IMG/VR virus record: IMGVR_UViG_3300021960_000027
Coordinates: 32,001 to 96,000 of that record
Reading direction: 5' to 3' (one strand)
Source of the DNA: a virus
DNA: 64,000 nucleotides
Positions within the stretch are counted from its first letter, which is position 1. Each line of letters opens with the position of its first letter. The notes under the pieces were generated by a model, which ran no database searches, was not told the origin of the DNA, and was given only the letters and a program-made list of their open reading frames with translations. This document shows positions 47,246 to 55,994 of the stretch, piece by piece. The position numbers were made by a program, and so were the translations under genes.

Positions 47246-47604
47246 TGGCAATGACATACAAGAGGCTTGCCGGTCCCCTGACCGCCACAACCTCAACAAC
47301 ATCTATCTACACCGTGCCTCAAAACACTACGACAGTGGTTAAAGAGTTTATGTTGACGAATTACTCTGCTTCTGCCGCGACTATCACCGTGTATGTTAAA
47401 GAAGCCAATGTAACTTTAGGGGACGCTCACATCATCATTTCTGACTTGTCACTTTCGGCAGACGAAACTTTTTCGATGTCGGCCTCGCTTGTTCTACACA
47501 ATGACGGTGGCGTAGCCAGCGCAACGACCTCTGACCAAATTCATGTGGTTGCAAGTGTCGGTAGTGCAATCAACATTGTGATGAACGGAATTGAGGATGC
47601 CTAA
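47245..47604 (+). CDS. Beta-sandwich virion protein
   Basis: IYTVP..TTVVK..LTN..; TAATG coupling. Confidence 0.65.
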   Translation: MAMTYKRLAGPLTATTSTTSIYTVPQNTTTVVKEFMLTNYSASAATITVYVKEANVTLGDAHIIISDLSLSADETFSMSASLVLHNDGGVASATTSDQIHVVASVGSAINIVMNGIEDA

Positions 47605-48380
47605 TGGGAAAGTTCCATCGACGGAACAACCAAGGCCGCGGCAAGCAGTTGTTGTTTCAGACAACAGTATTTCAAGAAGAAATCGTTGAGACTTTAGAGA
47701 CAGCAGATTCTCCTAACCCAATTTACGGGTCGGGTGTGGACGGAAGCATTACCTTAAATGGTTCTTCTTCGGGAACAGATGCGATCACAGGGAGCGGGAC
47801 TTCCTACACTCTTGCTAGAGACTTGTTTTGTAAAAATCTTAGTATCGGTTCTTCCGTACATTTGAATACAAATGGATATCGCGTATTTGTTCAGGGAACT
47901 CTTACCCTGTCTTCCAGTTCCCGAATTGGCTTTACTACCGGACACTCAACCGCTGGTAGTATTCAACAAGGTGGTGCTATCAACACTTCCGTGACACATA
48001 GTTTGGGTGGGGATAGCGCAACTGAAACGGCTACTGATCCAACAACGGCAGAAGGCGGGACTCTTTATTACAAGCAGGCACTTCAGGCGTATCGTGGATA
48101 TTCAATTACTGCCGGTTCAACTTCTCCATCTTTTTTGCGTGGTGGGGCAGGGGGAACTGCCGGTGCGGGGGGTGGAGTAGTGATTATTTGCGCTCGCTAT
48201 ATTGCCCAACGTTCTGGTTCATCTAAAATAGCCGCGCCCGGAACGCAGGGAACTGGTGGGGGTGGCGGTGGAGTAGTTATTATTATTTCTTCTGGTTCTT
48301 CTCTTTCTTCTGGGGTAAATACAGAAGTTGTCGGCGGTACAGGTTGCGGTAATGGAACCGCTATTTACTTACAGGCATAA
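47604..48380 (+). CDS. Glycine-rich virion/fibre protein
   Basis: YGSGVDG..TLARD..NL.I..LNTNGYRVFV.GTLT and GGGVVII motifs; paralogue of next gene. Confidence 0.7.
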   Translation: MGKFHRRNNQGRGKQLLFQTTVFQEEIVETLETADSPNPIYGSGVDGSITLNGSSSGTDAITGSGTSYTLARDLFCKNLSIGSSVHLNTNGYRVFVQGTLTLSSSSRIGFTTGHSTAGSIQQGGAINTSVTHSLGGDSATETATDPTTAEGGTLYYKQALQAYRGYSITAGSTSPSFLRGGAGGTAGAGGGVVIICARYIAQRSGSSKIAAPGTQGTGGGGGGVVIIISSGSSLSSGVNTEVVGGTGCGNGTAIYLQA

Positions 48381-48382
48381 TC

Positions 48383-50260
48383 GTGGCACGCACTAGACGG
48401 TTTAACAGTGTTCTTCGTAAATTGGAGAAGGCCGCGTCTGAGGGCACGACAGTTAATGATTGGTTGTTTGGTTCTGGAGAGCATGGTGATGTGACCGTCG
48501 CTAACGGTCAAACCGTCACACTGGATTCTGACAAATACTATGAGAATCTGACTGTAAATTCTGGGGGAACGCTGTTTACTAACGGCTTCCGTGTATTTGT
48601 CAACGGCACACTGACAAACAATGGTACTATCGGCTTTCCCTCTGGCTCTGCTGATGTTACAACAAACCCATCAAGCATTTCTCGCCGTAGCCATACTGCG
48701 GTCAGTTACGGAATTGGTGAGGCTTCTAATACCGTAACTGAAGGAGAGTTATATGATTTAGATGACGTTATTGGTGGCTATTACATAACAGCGTCTGGTT
48801 CTATTCGCGGTCTTCAAGGTGGCGACCCCGGTACAGACGGGTCTGATGGAAGCATTACGGCTAACGCAACAGCAGGTAATGCCGGTAGTGCTGGTACTTA
48901 TCCGGGTGCCGCGGTGGGTGCCCCCGGCGGTGCAGGCAATCCCGGTACGTCAGGTAACGCGGCAACGGCTGGTACTGCTGGAGGTAGGGGAGCCGGTGGG
49001 GGAGTTGTACTCATCATTGCCCGTACGGTTACTGGTTCTGGAGAAATTGTTAGTTTTGGTACGGCGGGAACAAGCGGTAATGTTGCGACGCAAGGTACTG
49101 ACGGCTCGGATGGGACTTCTGCCCCCAATATCGCGGCGTATGCAAACCCCGGAAATACCCACACTTCCGGTCACAATGCTGGTTCTGGATCACACCCAGC
49201 AAACAGTCTTGTACCCAACTTGAGTCACAATGCTACGGCGTACAGTGCTGGACATAACGCGGGTCACGGGCATCACCCCGCTAACGGTCCGCATGGAAAC
49301 ACTGGTCATAACGCGACGGCGCATGCGAACGGACATAACGCTGGACATGGTCATCATCCCGCTGGCGGTCCGCATGGTAACCACGGACATCACGCCAGCA
49401 CAACTCGGTCAAACCACCACCACCATGTTCAAAACCATCATCATGTTCGATCAAATCACCATCACCACACGCAAACCAACCATCACCACCACACCGACTC
49501 TCACCATCACACGCGATCAAACCACCACCACCACACCCGAACAAACCATCACCACACCGTAGGACCAGTTCGTTCTAACAGCCATCATCACTTTAGGTCG
49601 AACTACCACTCAGGAAACCACAGGTCTAACCACCATTTCCACGGGCGATCAAACCACCATCATCACCATCACACTCAGTCGAATCACCACCACCACACCC
49701 AAACAAACCATCACCACCATGTTCAAAACCATCATCATGTTCGATCAAATCACCATCACCACACTCAGACAAATCACCACCACCACACCGATTCTCACCA
49801 CCACACGCGAACGAATCATCACCACCACACGGCTGGCGACGCAGGTCACCCCGCAAACGGAGCAATGGCTCCAAATCACCACGCCTCGGTGAACTACGCA
49901 CATAACTCTGGTACTACAGCCCACCCCGCTGGCGGTTCGCTCGCTCCTAACCACAGTGCCTCGGCTCATCCCGCTGGTCATAATGCCGGTAACGCAAACC
50001 ACGCGGCAAATGGAACTCTTACCACAAATCACAATGCTTCATCGCACCCCGCAGGGCACAACGTCACTCACAACCCAAATTATTCAGGAGGTTCTGGGGG
50101 AGGGAAAGGCACTGGTGGAACTGCTACTGATGGCAACGCTGGCAACCAAGGACAAAAGGGTGCTATTATTGTTGTGACCAGACAAATGGACTCTAATGTC
50201 CGCTCGGCTCAGTTGGGCAACCACTCCAACTATGCCAGAATTATAGATGTGGATGGATAG
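48383..50260 (+). CDS. Glycine-rich virion/fibre protein with a very large histidine-rich insertion
   Basis: Same FGSG..NLTV..TNGFRVFV.GTLT and GGGVVLII motifs as upstream paralogue, plus GHNAG repeats and (S/T)NHHHH core. Confidence 0.8.
   Translation: MARTRRFNSVLRKLEKAASEGTTVNDWLFGSGEHGDVTVANGQTVTLDSDKYYENLTVNSGGTLFTNGFRVFVNGTLTNNGTIGFPSGSADVTTNPSSISRRSHTAVSYGIGEASNTVTEGELYDLDDVIGGYYITASGSIRGLQGGDPGTDGSDGSITANATAGNAGSAGTYPGAAVGAPGGAGNPGTSGNAATAGTAGGRGAGGGVVLIIARTVTGSGEIVSFGTAGTSGNVATQGTDGSDGTSAPNIAAYANPGNTHTSGHNAGSGSHPANSLVPNLSHNATAYSAGHNAGHGHHPANGPHGNTGHNATAHANGHNAGHGHHPAGGPHGNHGHHASTTRSNHHHHVQNHHHVRSNHHHHTQTNHHHHTDSHHHTRSNHHHHTRTNHHHTVGPVRSNSHHHFRSNYHSGNHRSNHHFHGRSNHHHHHHTQSNHHHHTQTNHHHHVQNHHHVRSNHHHHTQTNHHHHTDSHHHTRTNHHHHTAGDAGHPANGAMAPNHHASVNYAHNSGTTAHPAGGSLAPNHSASAHPAGHNAGNANHAANGTLTTNHNASSHPAGHNVTHNPNYSGGSGGGKGTGGTATDGNAGNQGQKGAIIVVTRQMDSNVRSAQLGNHSNYARIIDVDG
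49412..49810 (+). repeat. 105-bp direct repeat (49412-49516 and 49706-49810) in the poly-His core
   Basis: Both copies encode identical NHHHHVQNHHHVRSNHHHHTQTNHHHHTDSHHHTR with synonymous differences. Confidence 0.9.
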
Positions 50261-50267
50261 GTGAATT

Positions 50268-50510
50268 ATGTTTGAAAGCATGTCAACTGAAGACAAGATC
50301 GCTTTGTGTGATGAGCAAGTATCTCAAGTAGATCGTAACATCTACTCTTATATGCTCACCCTCGGATTAGACCCAGATGCTGGAGACGCTACAGCAGTGA
50401 CCGTTGATTCTTCCGAATCAGATTATGTACAGAGTCTTCAGCAAAGCATTATTGATGCTGTTGCTCGGCGTGCATTTATTGTCGGAATTAAAACTGCTCT
50501 TAGTGCGTGA
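50268..50510 (+). CDS. Small acidic helical protein
   Basis: AGGTG RBS; in operon. Confidence 0.65.
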   Translation: MFESMSTEDKIALCDEQVSQVDRNIYSYMLTLGLDPDAGDATAVTVDSSESDYVQSLQQSIIDAVARRAFIVGIKTALSA

Positions 50511-50692
50511 TGTTGTCAGACAGCAGTCCAACACATAAGTTGTATGCTTGCTGTTTGATGGCTGGAGTTAATCCATCTTCTCTGACTAAAGAGTGGATAA
50601 TGACAGCACCTGAGGGAACCGTACAGTACGACTTAGAAATATTTCTTCAAATTGCATTGAATGAGTTTCAGTCTGATAATCTAAATACCTAA
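50507..50692 (+). CDS. Small hypothetical protein
   Basis: GTGA and TAATG coupling on either side. Confidence 0.55.
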   Translation: MMLSDSSPTHKLYACCLMAGVNPSSLTKEWIMTAPEGTVQYDLEIFLQIALNEFQSDNLNT

Positions 50693-51396
50693 TGGCCTGC
50701 CCAACTTTTCATTTTGCTGGTCACCGCAGTAACTACATTTTGATCGGTGACGATGTGGTTGATGCAGACGTATGCGATGACATTATCTCAAGATGTTTAG
50801 CCAACTATGATGATTTCTTTTACCCCGGACCGACTTTAGGTGGGGTAGACGTTGCTACAAAATCTAGTATGGATTTTGATTTTGGGGTAGATTCTGTTGT
50901 TAGCAAAGGTTTTGATCCAGAGCCGTGGGCGACGTACGAATCAATTATGAGTAATGCCCTCACTACAATTATTAGTGAGTATCAGTCTAGTTTTTTTGAT
51001 CTTTGGCGAGTGCCTAATTTAGTGGACACCGGATTCCGTCTTCAGCATTACGCAAAAAATTACGGTTACTACAGGGAACACATTGACGGTTGTGTTTGGG
51101 GACCAGTTTCTTCTCGTACAAGAATCTTTGGTGTAGTAATTTATTTAAATGACATTGATTCTGGTGGGGAAACACATTTTCCCATTCAAGAAGAGAAGGT
51201 GCAGGCAAGGGCGGGTCGGATTGCATTGTTTCCTGCCGCGTGGACACATCCTCACGCCGGTCTTCCTGCACATAGTAGTGACAAGTGGATGATTAGTTCA
51301 TTTATCACATGCACTCCAGACGATGACTATTTAGAGTATGATATTGAATCTGGAGAAATGAAGTCCCCCAATAATCAGTCAGGAGATGATGCGTGA
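50692..51396 (+). CDS. 2OG-Fe(II) oxygenase (prolyl-4-hydroxylase-like)
   Basis: EHID..VIYLND..GGETHF..FPA.WTHPHAG..KW. Confidence 0.9.
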   Translation: MACPTFHFAGHRSNYILIGDDVVDADVCDDIISRCLANYDDFFYPGPTLGGVDVATKSSMDFDFGVDSVVSKGFDPEPWATYESIMSNALTTIISEYQSSFFDLWRVPNLVDTGFRLQHYAKNYGYYREHIDGCVWGPVSSRTRIFGVVIYLNDIDSGGETHFPIQEEKVQARAGRIALFPAAWTHPHAGLPAHSSDKWMISSFITCTPDDDYLEYDIESGEMKSPNNQSGDDA

Positions 51397-52007
51397 AAAA
51401 GGGAGAGGCAGTAGGGGTAGAGGTAGCACCTTGCATTGTCGTTTATGAAGATGTGTTTGATGCCACCATTTTTTTGCGTACTCTTGTTCAAGAATGTGAA
51501 AACGAAGAAGGTTTTCTTAATTGGACAAGAGACACTGTAGGTGATGGAGAAGTAACTGATAAGCGAACTTCTATGAGTTGTAGCATCGATAACTTGCGTG
51601 ATGCAGAAGAATATTCAGAGACGCTTAACGAAAATACAAAATTGTTGATTGATGAGTGGATGCAAATTTTCCCCAAAATTGACGACGTAGTTTGGTCATA
51701 CCGCAGTTCCTACGACCTTCCTTTGCGCGGAGATCAGGGATACCGAGTTTTGCGTTACCGAGGTGGCGAAGAATATCAAGCCCATCACGACCACGGTCCG
51801 GGTAACAACAGGGTTCTCAGCATCGTTGCTTTTATTAACGATGGATACACGGGGGGCGAACTGGTATTTCCTACCTTTGATGTAACCGTGACTCCTAAGG
51901 CGGGGAGTGTTGTTGCCTTTCCGTCTAACTTCCCCTACAAGCACATTGCTAAACCTGTAGGCGAGGATGGTTCGGCTAAGTATTCGCTTGTTTCGTGGTT
52001 TGAGTGA
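51393..52007 (+). CDS. 2OG-Fe(II) oxygenase (prolyl-4-hydroxylase-like)
   Basis: LRY..Y.AHHD..RVLS..INDGYTGGELVF..FPSNFPYKH..PV..KYSLVSW. Confidence 0.9.
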   Translation: MKKGEAVGVEVAPCIVVYEDVFDATIFLRTLVQECENEEGFLNWTRDTVGDGEVTDKRTSMSCSIDNLRDAEEYSETLNENTKLLIDEWMQIFPKIDDVVWSYRSSYDLPLRGDQGYRVLRYRGGEEYQAHHDHGPGNNRVLSIVAFINDGYTGGELVFPTFDVTVTPKAGSVVAFPSNFPYKHIAKPVGEDGSAKYSLVSWFE

Positions 52008-53515
52008 TGCATAAGCACATTGTAATTGTTGGCTCAGGAACCGCCGGACTAACCACTGCCATTAGCCTCAAGTCGTGGTTTCAAATGTACGACATTACCG
52101 TTGTGTCGTCTAAGAACATTGGCATCATTGGGGTTGGAGAAGGTTCTACTGAGCATTGGCGCGGTTTTCAAAATGACATGGATATTCCCATTGAAGGGTT
52201 GCTGACTAAATCAAAGGCAACCCATAAATACGGGATTGCGTTTGAAAATTGGACAACTCACACCCCTCATTACTACCACTCTGTTTCTCACGGTCCAATT
52301 ACTATCGGTAACTTTGCGGGTTCTTACGCCTACTGCATTGAGAACGATTTGCAACTGACTAAGACTCTTTCTTGGCGGGGCATGAAAGACGGCAAGATTC
52401 CTTATAGCGAAGACAAGGAAGGCAACGAAAATACTCATCTTAATACCAACCAATATCACTTTGATACACACGCTCTTAACGATTTTTTGAAAGTAATTGC
52501 TGTTGAACGCGGTGTGTACTTTGTTGAGGATGAAGTTGACTTTGTTGTCAAGGACGAAGAAGGTTGGGTTGACTCTCTTTATTTGAAGAGGGCTAGGGGC
52601 AGAATTAAAGCCGATCTATTTATTGACGCTTCAGGCTTTAATCGTGTGCTTTTAAAAGAGATGGACGACCAAACGTTTGTCGATTACGGAAAATATTTAC
52701 CTTGCGATAGTGCAGTAGTTTTTCCAACTCCCTCGCGCGAAGATGGAAAAATCCTTCCTTTTACTCGTTCTCGCGCCTTAAGTTCTGGATGGCTGTGGGA
52801 GATTCCGACTCAAGAACGTAGGGGAAATGGATACGTCTATTCTTCTAAGTACATTTCTGACGATGAAGCACAGAAAGAGGCGTTTGACGCGGCGGGCTAT
52901 GAGTCTGAAGAAAGCCGTATCCTTCGGTTTGAATCTGGTTACATGAAAAAGACTTGGCAAAAGAACGTTGTGGCAGTTGGCTTGTCTTCTGGTTTTATTG
53001 AACCTTTGGAGGCAACATCTATTTCTATGTCGCTACAGCAGGCTCGCTTAATTGCTTCCTATTTACCGACGTTTAATAAAGAGTCGCGATTCATGGTGGA
53101 TGAGTACCATCGACTTATGGATCAAATTATGGAAAACACTTTGTCCATGATTTCTCTCCACTACATTTCTGACCGTACGGACTCTGAGATGTGGAGAGAT
53201 CAGCAGAACGCCCCCAAGCCAGAACTGTTAGAACGGCTTTTAGGGTTGTGGGCAGAACGTTGCCCAGAGATTCACGACATGCCCCATTCTGGATTTGAGT
53301 TATTTAATCCTGTACACTTGTGGCATGTAGCGCAAGGTCAAGGTTTGATTGATAAAGACTTAGCCACTATGCAACTGGATGCCTACGGTTCTCGCGGTCC
53401 ATCTCGTCAGCATATTAATCAGGTAACTGCCGAGTATATGAGGGGAGATATCGTTGACCACCGAGAAGCACTCCAGCGACTTGCCGAACGATTTGAAGAT
53501 AGTCAGTCCAAGTAG
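52004..53515 (+). CDS. Tryptophan-halogenase-family flavin-dependent halogenase
   Basis: GSGTAG, IGVGEGS, ATHKYGI (catalytic Lys position), FIDASGF, WLWEIP (WxWxIP), GFIEPLEATSI. Confidence 0.9.
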   Translation: MMHKHIVIVGSGTAGLTTAISLKSWFQMYDITVVSSKNIGIIGVGEGSTEHWRGFQNDMDIPIEGLLTKSKATHKYGIAFENWTTHTPHYYHSVSHGPITIGNFAGSYAYCIENDLQLTKTLSWRGMKDGKIPYSEDKEGNENTHLNTNQYHFDTHALNDFLKVIAVERGVYFVEDEVDFVVKDEEGWVDSLYLKRARGRIKADLFIDASGFNRVLLKEMDDQTFVDYGKYLPCDSAVVFPTPSREDGKILPFTRSRALSSGWLWEIPTQERRGNGYVYSSKYISDDEAQKEAFDAAGYESEESRILRFESGYMKKTWQKNVVAVGLSSGFIEPLEATSISMSLQQARLIASYLPTFNKESRFMVDEYHRLMDQIMENTLSMISLHYISDRTDSEMWRDQQNAPKPELLERLLGLWAERCPEIHDMPHSGFELFNPVHLWHVAQGQGLIDKDLATMQLDAYGSRGPSRQHINQVTAEYMRGDIVDHREALQRLAERFEDSQSK

Positions 53516-54305
53516 TATTCACGAAATTCAGCCGAAACCGGGGCAGGTGTTTATGGCACCTCAGACTCCCATTTTGTTTCACGAAAAGTCGTTACCCATT
53601 AACAACACCCGCTCATGGCCTGACTGGTGGAAAGAAGTCGATTCGACTGAGGGAAGTGTCCGACGCTGTGCTGGAACGGCTGATTACATCAGCCTTGGTT
53701 TGACGATTCCGTTGTGGGCTAACCTCAAACTGCGCCCTTCCCCTAACAAGCGTCAGTGGGAGTCACAATTCGATATTGCTGGTGACCACCCATTCAGTGT
53801 TGAGGGTTTTAGTTTTGAGCAAACTGGGGCGATTCCTGTCACTGAGGTGCGCGGCATTAAGCGTGCAAACTATGTCAAGATCATTAATCCGTGGGTTATT
53901 AAGACTGCTCCCGGTTGGTCTTGCATGTTTCTTCCTGACATGTATCAGCCAGACCCTAATTGGACGATTCTTCCGGCGGTAGTCAACACGGATTATTACC
54001 ATCATGCCCATATTGTTATTAATGTTTTAGCCGAGGACGAGTTCACTATTCCTGTGGGCTATCCGATGCAACACATCATCCCGTTTGAACGATCCACTAC
54101 AGGCATTGAGATGCAATATGGTGATCGAAATGCGTATGAGATCATGGATCAGGCAGGGTTCGGCACTCCATTTATCCCGCGCAACATGAAATCTAAGTAC
54201 AAGAAGACTCAGCGTGAAATGGATGCTGGTGTTGAAAAGTGTCCTGTTGTTGGTCATACAGAAAAAGTAAAAAAACAGCGCAGGTGGTTCAGCAAGAATA
54301 AATAG
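53454..54305 (+). CDS. Hypothetical beta-barrel/cupin-like protein of the type found next to phage oxygenase clusters
   Basis: PDWWK..VRRCAG..KIINPWVIKTAPGWSCMF..LPAVVNTD..IPF.R; start uncertain. Confidence 0.6.
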   Translation: MTTEKHSSDLPNDLKIVSPSSIHEIQPKPGQVFMAPQTPILFHEKSLPINNTRSWPDWWKEVDSTEGSVRRCAGTADYISLGLTIPLWANLKLRPSPNKRQWESQFDIAGDHPFSVEGFSFEQTGAIPVTEVRGIKRANYVKIINPWVIKTAPGWSCMFLPDMYQPDPNWTILPAVVNTDYYHHAHIVINVLAEDEFTIPVGYPMQHIIPFERSTTGIEMQYGDRNAYEIMDQAGFGTPFIPRNMKSKYKKTQREMDAGVEKCPVVGHTEKVKKQRRWFSKNK

Positions 54306-54345
54306 TCTGATGTATTCTTCGTGTTAAGTATGACCGGAGTGGCGC

Positions 54346-55719
54346 ATGGCTATTGATTTCCCAAATTCCCCATCGACTAATGACACCTACACGGTCAATG
54401 GGCGCACCTATATCTGGAATGGCGAGAAATGGTTGAGGGCACAGCCCGAACTGACCTCGGTCGTCCCCACCCTGACGGTGTCGAATGACCTAACTGTAGA
54501 CACAGACACTCTGCATGTCGATTCTACGAATAATCGTGTCGGTATCGGCACGACTAGTCCTAGCCAAACATTAGATGTTGTCGGCAAACTAGATGTGAGC
54601 GACGATGTTGACATTGGTGGAGGCAACTTTGGCTACCGATTGAACGCGACCGCAGACGATTCTTATGTGGCGCACCTTGGTTCAAACTCACCGACCGCAA
54701 AGATTGACATGTTTTCTGCGGATAGCACTAATTTGTATGTTGCTACCGCTGGCGTACATTTGGACATACCTAGTTTCGACCCGCTTTTGGGTGAGTCGGC
54801 TGAACCAACTCTTAGTATCAAATTCACTGACACCACCGCAGTCAGGATCAAAAAAGTAGGAAGCACGTTCGACACCAGCCTGCTCAACGGTAATGTCGGT
54901 ATCGGCACAACCAGCCCTAGTCATACTCTTGATGTGAACGGCAAAGCCGTTGTCGGTGGCGGTGACAACCAAACTCCCGATGCGTCTGGTAATGGTCACC
55001 TAATGATTGACGGCTCTGGGTACACAGGGTTTGCTTCCCTTGATGGTACAGCGATGTGGGTTGGTCACAACTCTGGCTCTCGCAAGTTGTATCTGGCTAC
55101 TGATGAGACCGCCCGTCTCACCGTTGACGGTACTGGCAATGTCGGTATCAATGACACCACGCCGTCGTACACGTTGGATGTCAACGGAGACATCAACACG
55201 ACAAGTAAGTATTTGAGAGGCGGTAAGGCGACGGGTGACACTCTGCTGGCTAGTGGTTCGTTTAGTTCTACGGGCGTTGCAATCACCAGCGTGTTCTCTA
55301 GCAGTTATGCAAACTACAGGATTTTGCTGACAGTCAAGAACAGTAACTCTGGTGAACTTTACTATCGAATGATGAACGGAGGGACTTGGTACACCTCTTC
55401 GGTCTACGAGATTCAAAGATTGTACGCTCAGGGAACTTCTGTTGGTGGCACCCGAACGCAAGCGAACAGTTATGGTCGGGTTGGTTACATGGGTGGGGGC
55501 TACTGGTCATCTGCTGAAATGACCATTTACAACCCGTACATAACTAGAGAAACGGATGTTGCTTCGCATGAAGTGTACGGCGACAACGCTTACAAGGGGA
55601 TGATTGAAGTAGATCACTCACAGGTTGGGACTTCAACTTCTTTTGATGGCATCTTTATCGGAGCCGCGGCAGGAGGAACTATGTACGGTTCCTATCGTGT
55701 GTATGGGATAGCGCAATGA
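54346..55719 (+). CDS. Tail fibre / receptor-binding protein
   Basis: MAIDFPNSP N-terminus; repeated (N/R)VGIGTTSP..LDV. Confidence 0.8.
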   Translation: MAIDFPNSPSTNDTYTVNGRTYIWNGEKWLRAQPELTSVVPTLTVSNDLTVDTDTLHVDSTNNRVGIGTTSPSQTLDVVGKLDVSDDVDIGGGNFGYRLNATADDSYVAHLGSNSPTAKIDMFSADSTNLYVATAGVHLDIPSFDPLLGESAEPTLSIKFTDTTAVRIKKVGSTFDTSLLNGNVGIGTTSPSHTLDVNGKAVVGGGDNQTPDASGNGHLMIDGSGYTGFASLDGTAMWVGHNSGSRKLYLATDETARLTVDGTGNVGINDTTPSYTLDVNGDINTTSKYLRGGKATGDTLLASGSFSSTGVAITSVFSSSYANYRILLTVKNSNSGELYYRMMNGGTWYTSSVYEIQRLYAQGTSVGGTRTQANSYGRVGYMGGGYWSSAEMTIYNPYITRETDVASHEVYGDNAYKGMIEVDHSQVGTSTSFDGIFIGAAAGGTMYGSYRVYGIAQ

Positions 55720-55994
55720 TGAAACACATTCACAATGTTGAAACTGGCGAAGAGTACGACATTGAATTTACCGAAGAAGAGATTGCGTCGCTAGATGCTT
55801 TGCAGAATGAATCAGCACGAATAACTGCCAAAGAGAAAAGAGACATGCTTCTGAAAGACTCAGACTGGCGTGTTCTTCCCCACTCTCCATCAGATGTTGA
55901 AGCGTGGGCTGTTTACCGTCAACAGTTGCGTGATCTCCCATCTGACCCTGCTTGGCCTTATGTTGAGTTCCCTGATCCACCGGAGGCTAACTAA
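55716..55994 (+). CDS. Tail fibre assembly chaperone
   Basis: RDMLLKDSDW..W..YRQQLRDLP..WP...P.PP. Confidence 0.85.
   Translation: MMKHIHNVETGEEYDIEFTEEEIASLDALQNESARITAKEKRDMLLKDSDWRVLPHSPSDVEAWAVYRQQLRDLPSDPAWPYVEFPDPPEAN

Noticed and set aside
49412-49810. Direct repeat as a diversity-generating retroelement TR/VR pair
   Set aside because: Differences are synonymous and not adenine-specific, both copies are in the same ORF, and no reverse transcriptase is in the window
49140-50080. Repetitive CAC/CAT-rich DNA as a CRISPR array or microsatellite
   Set aside because: No constant repeat with unique spacers; the repeats are in-frame codons with synonymous variation inside a long ORF
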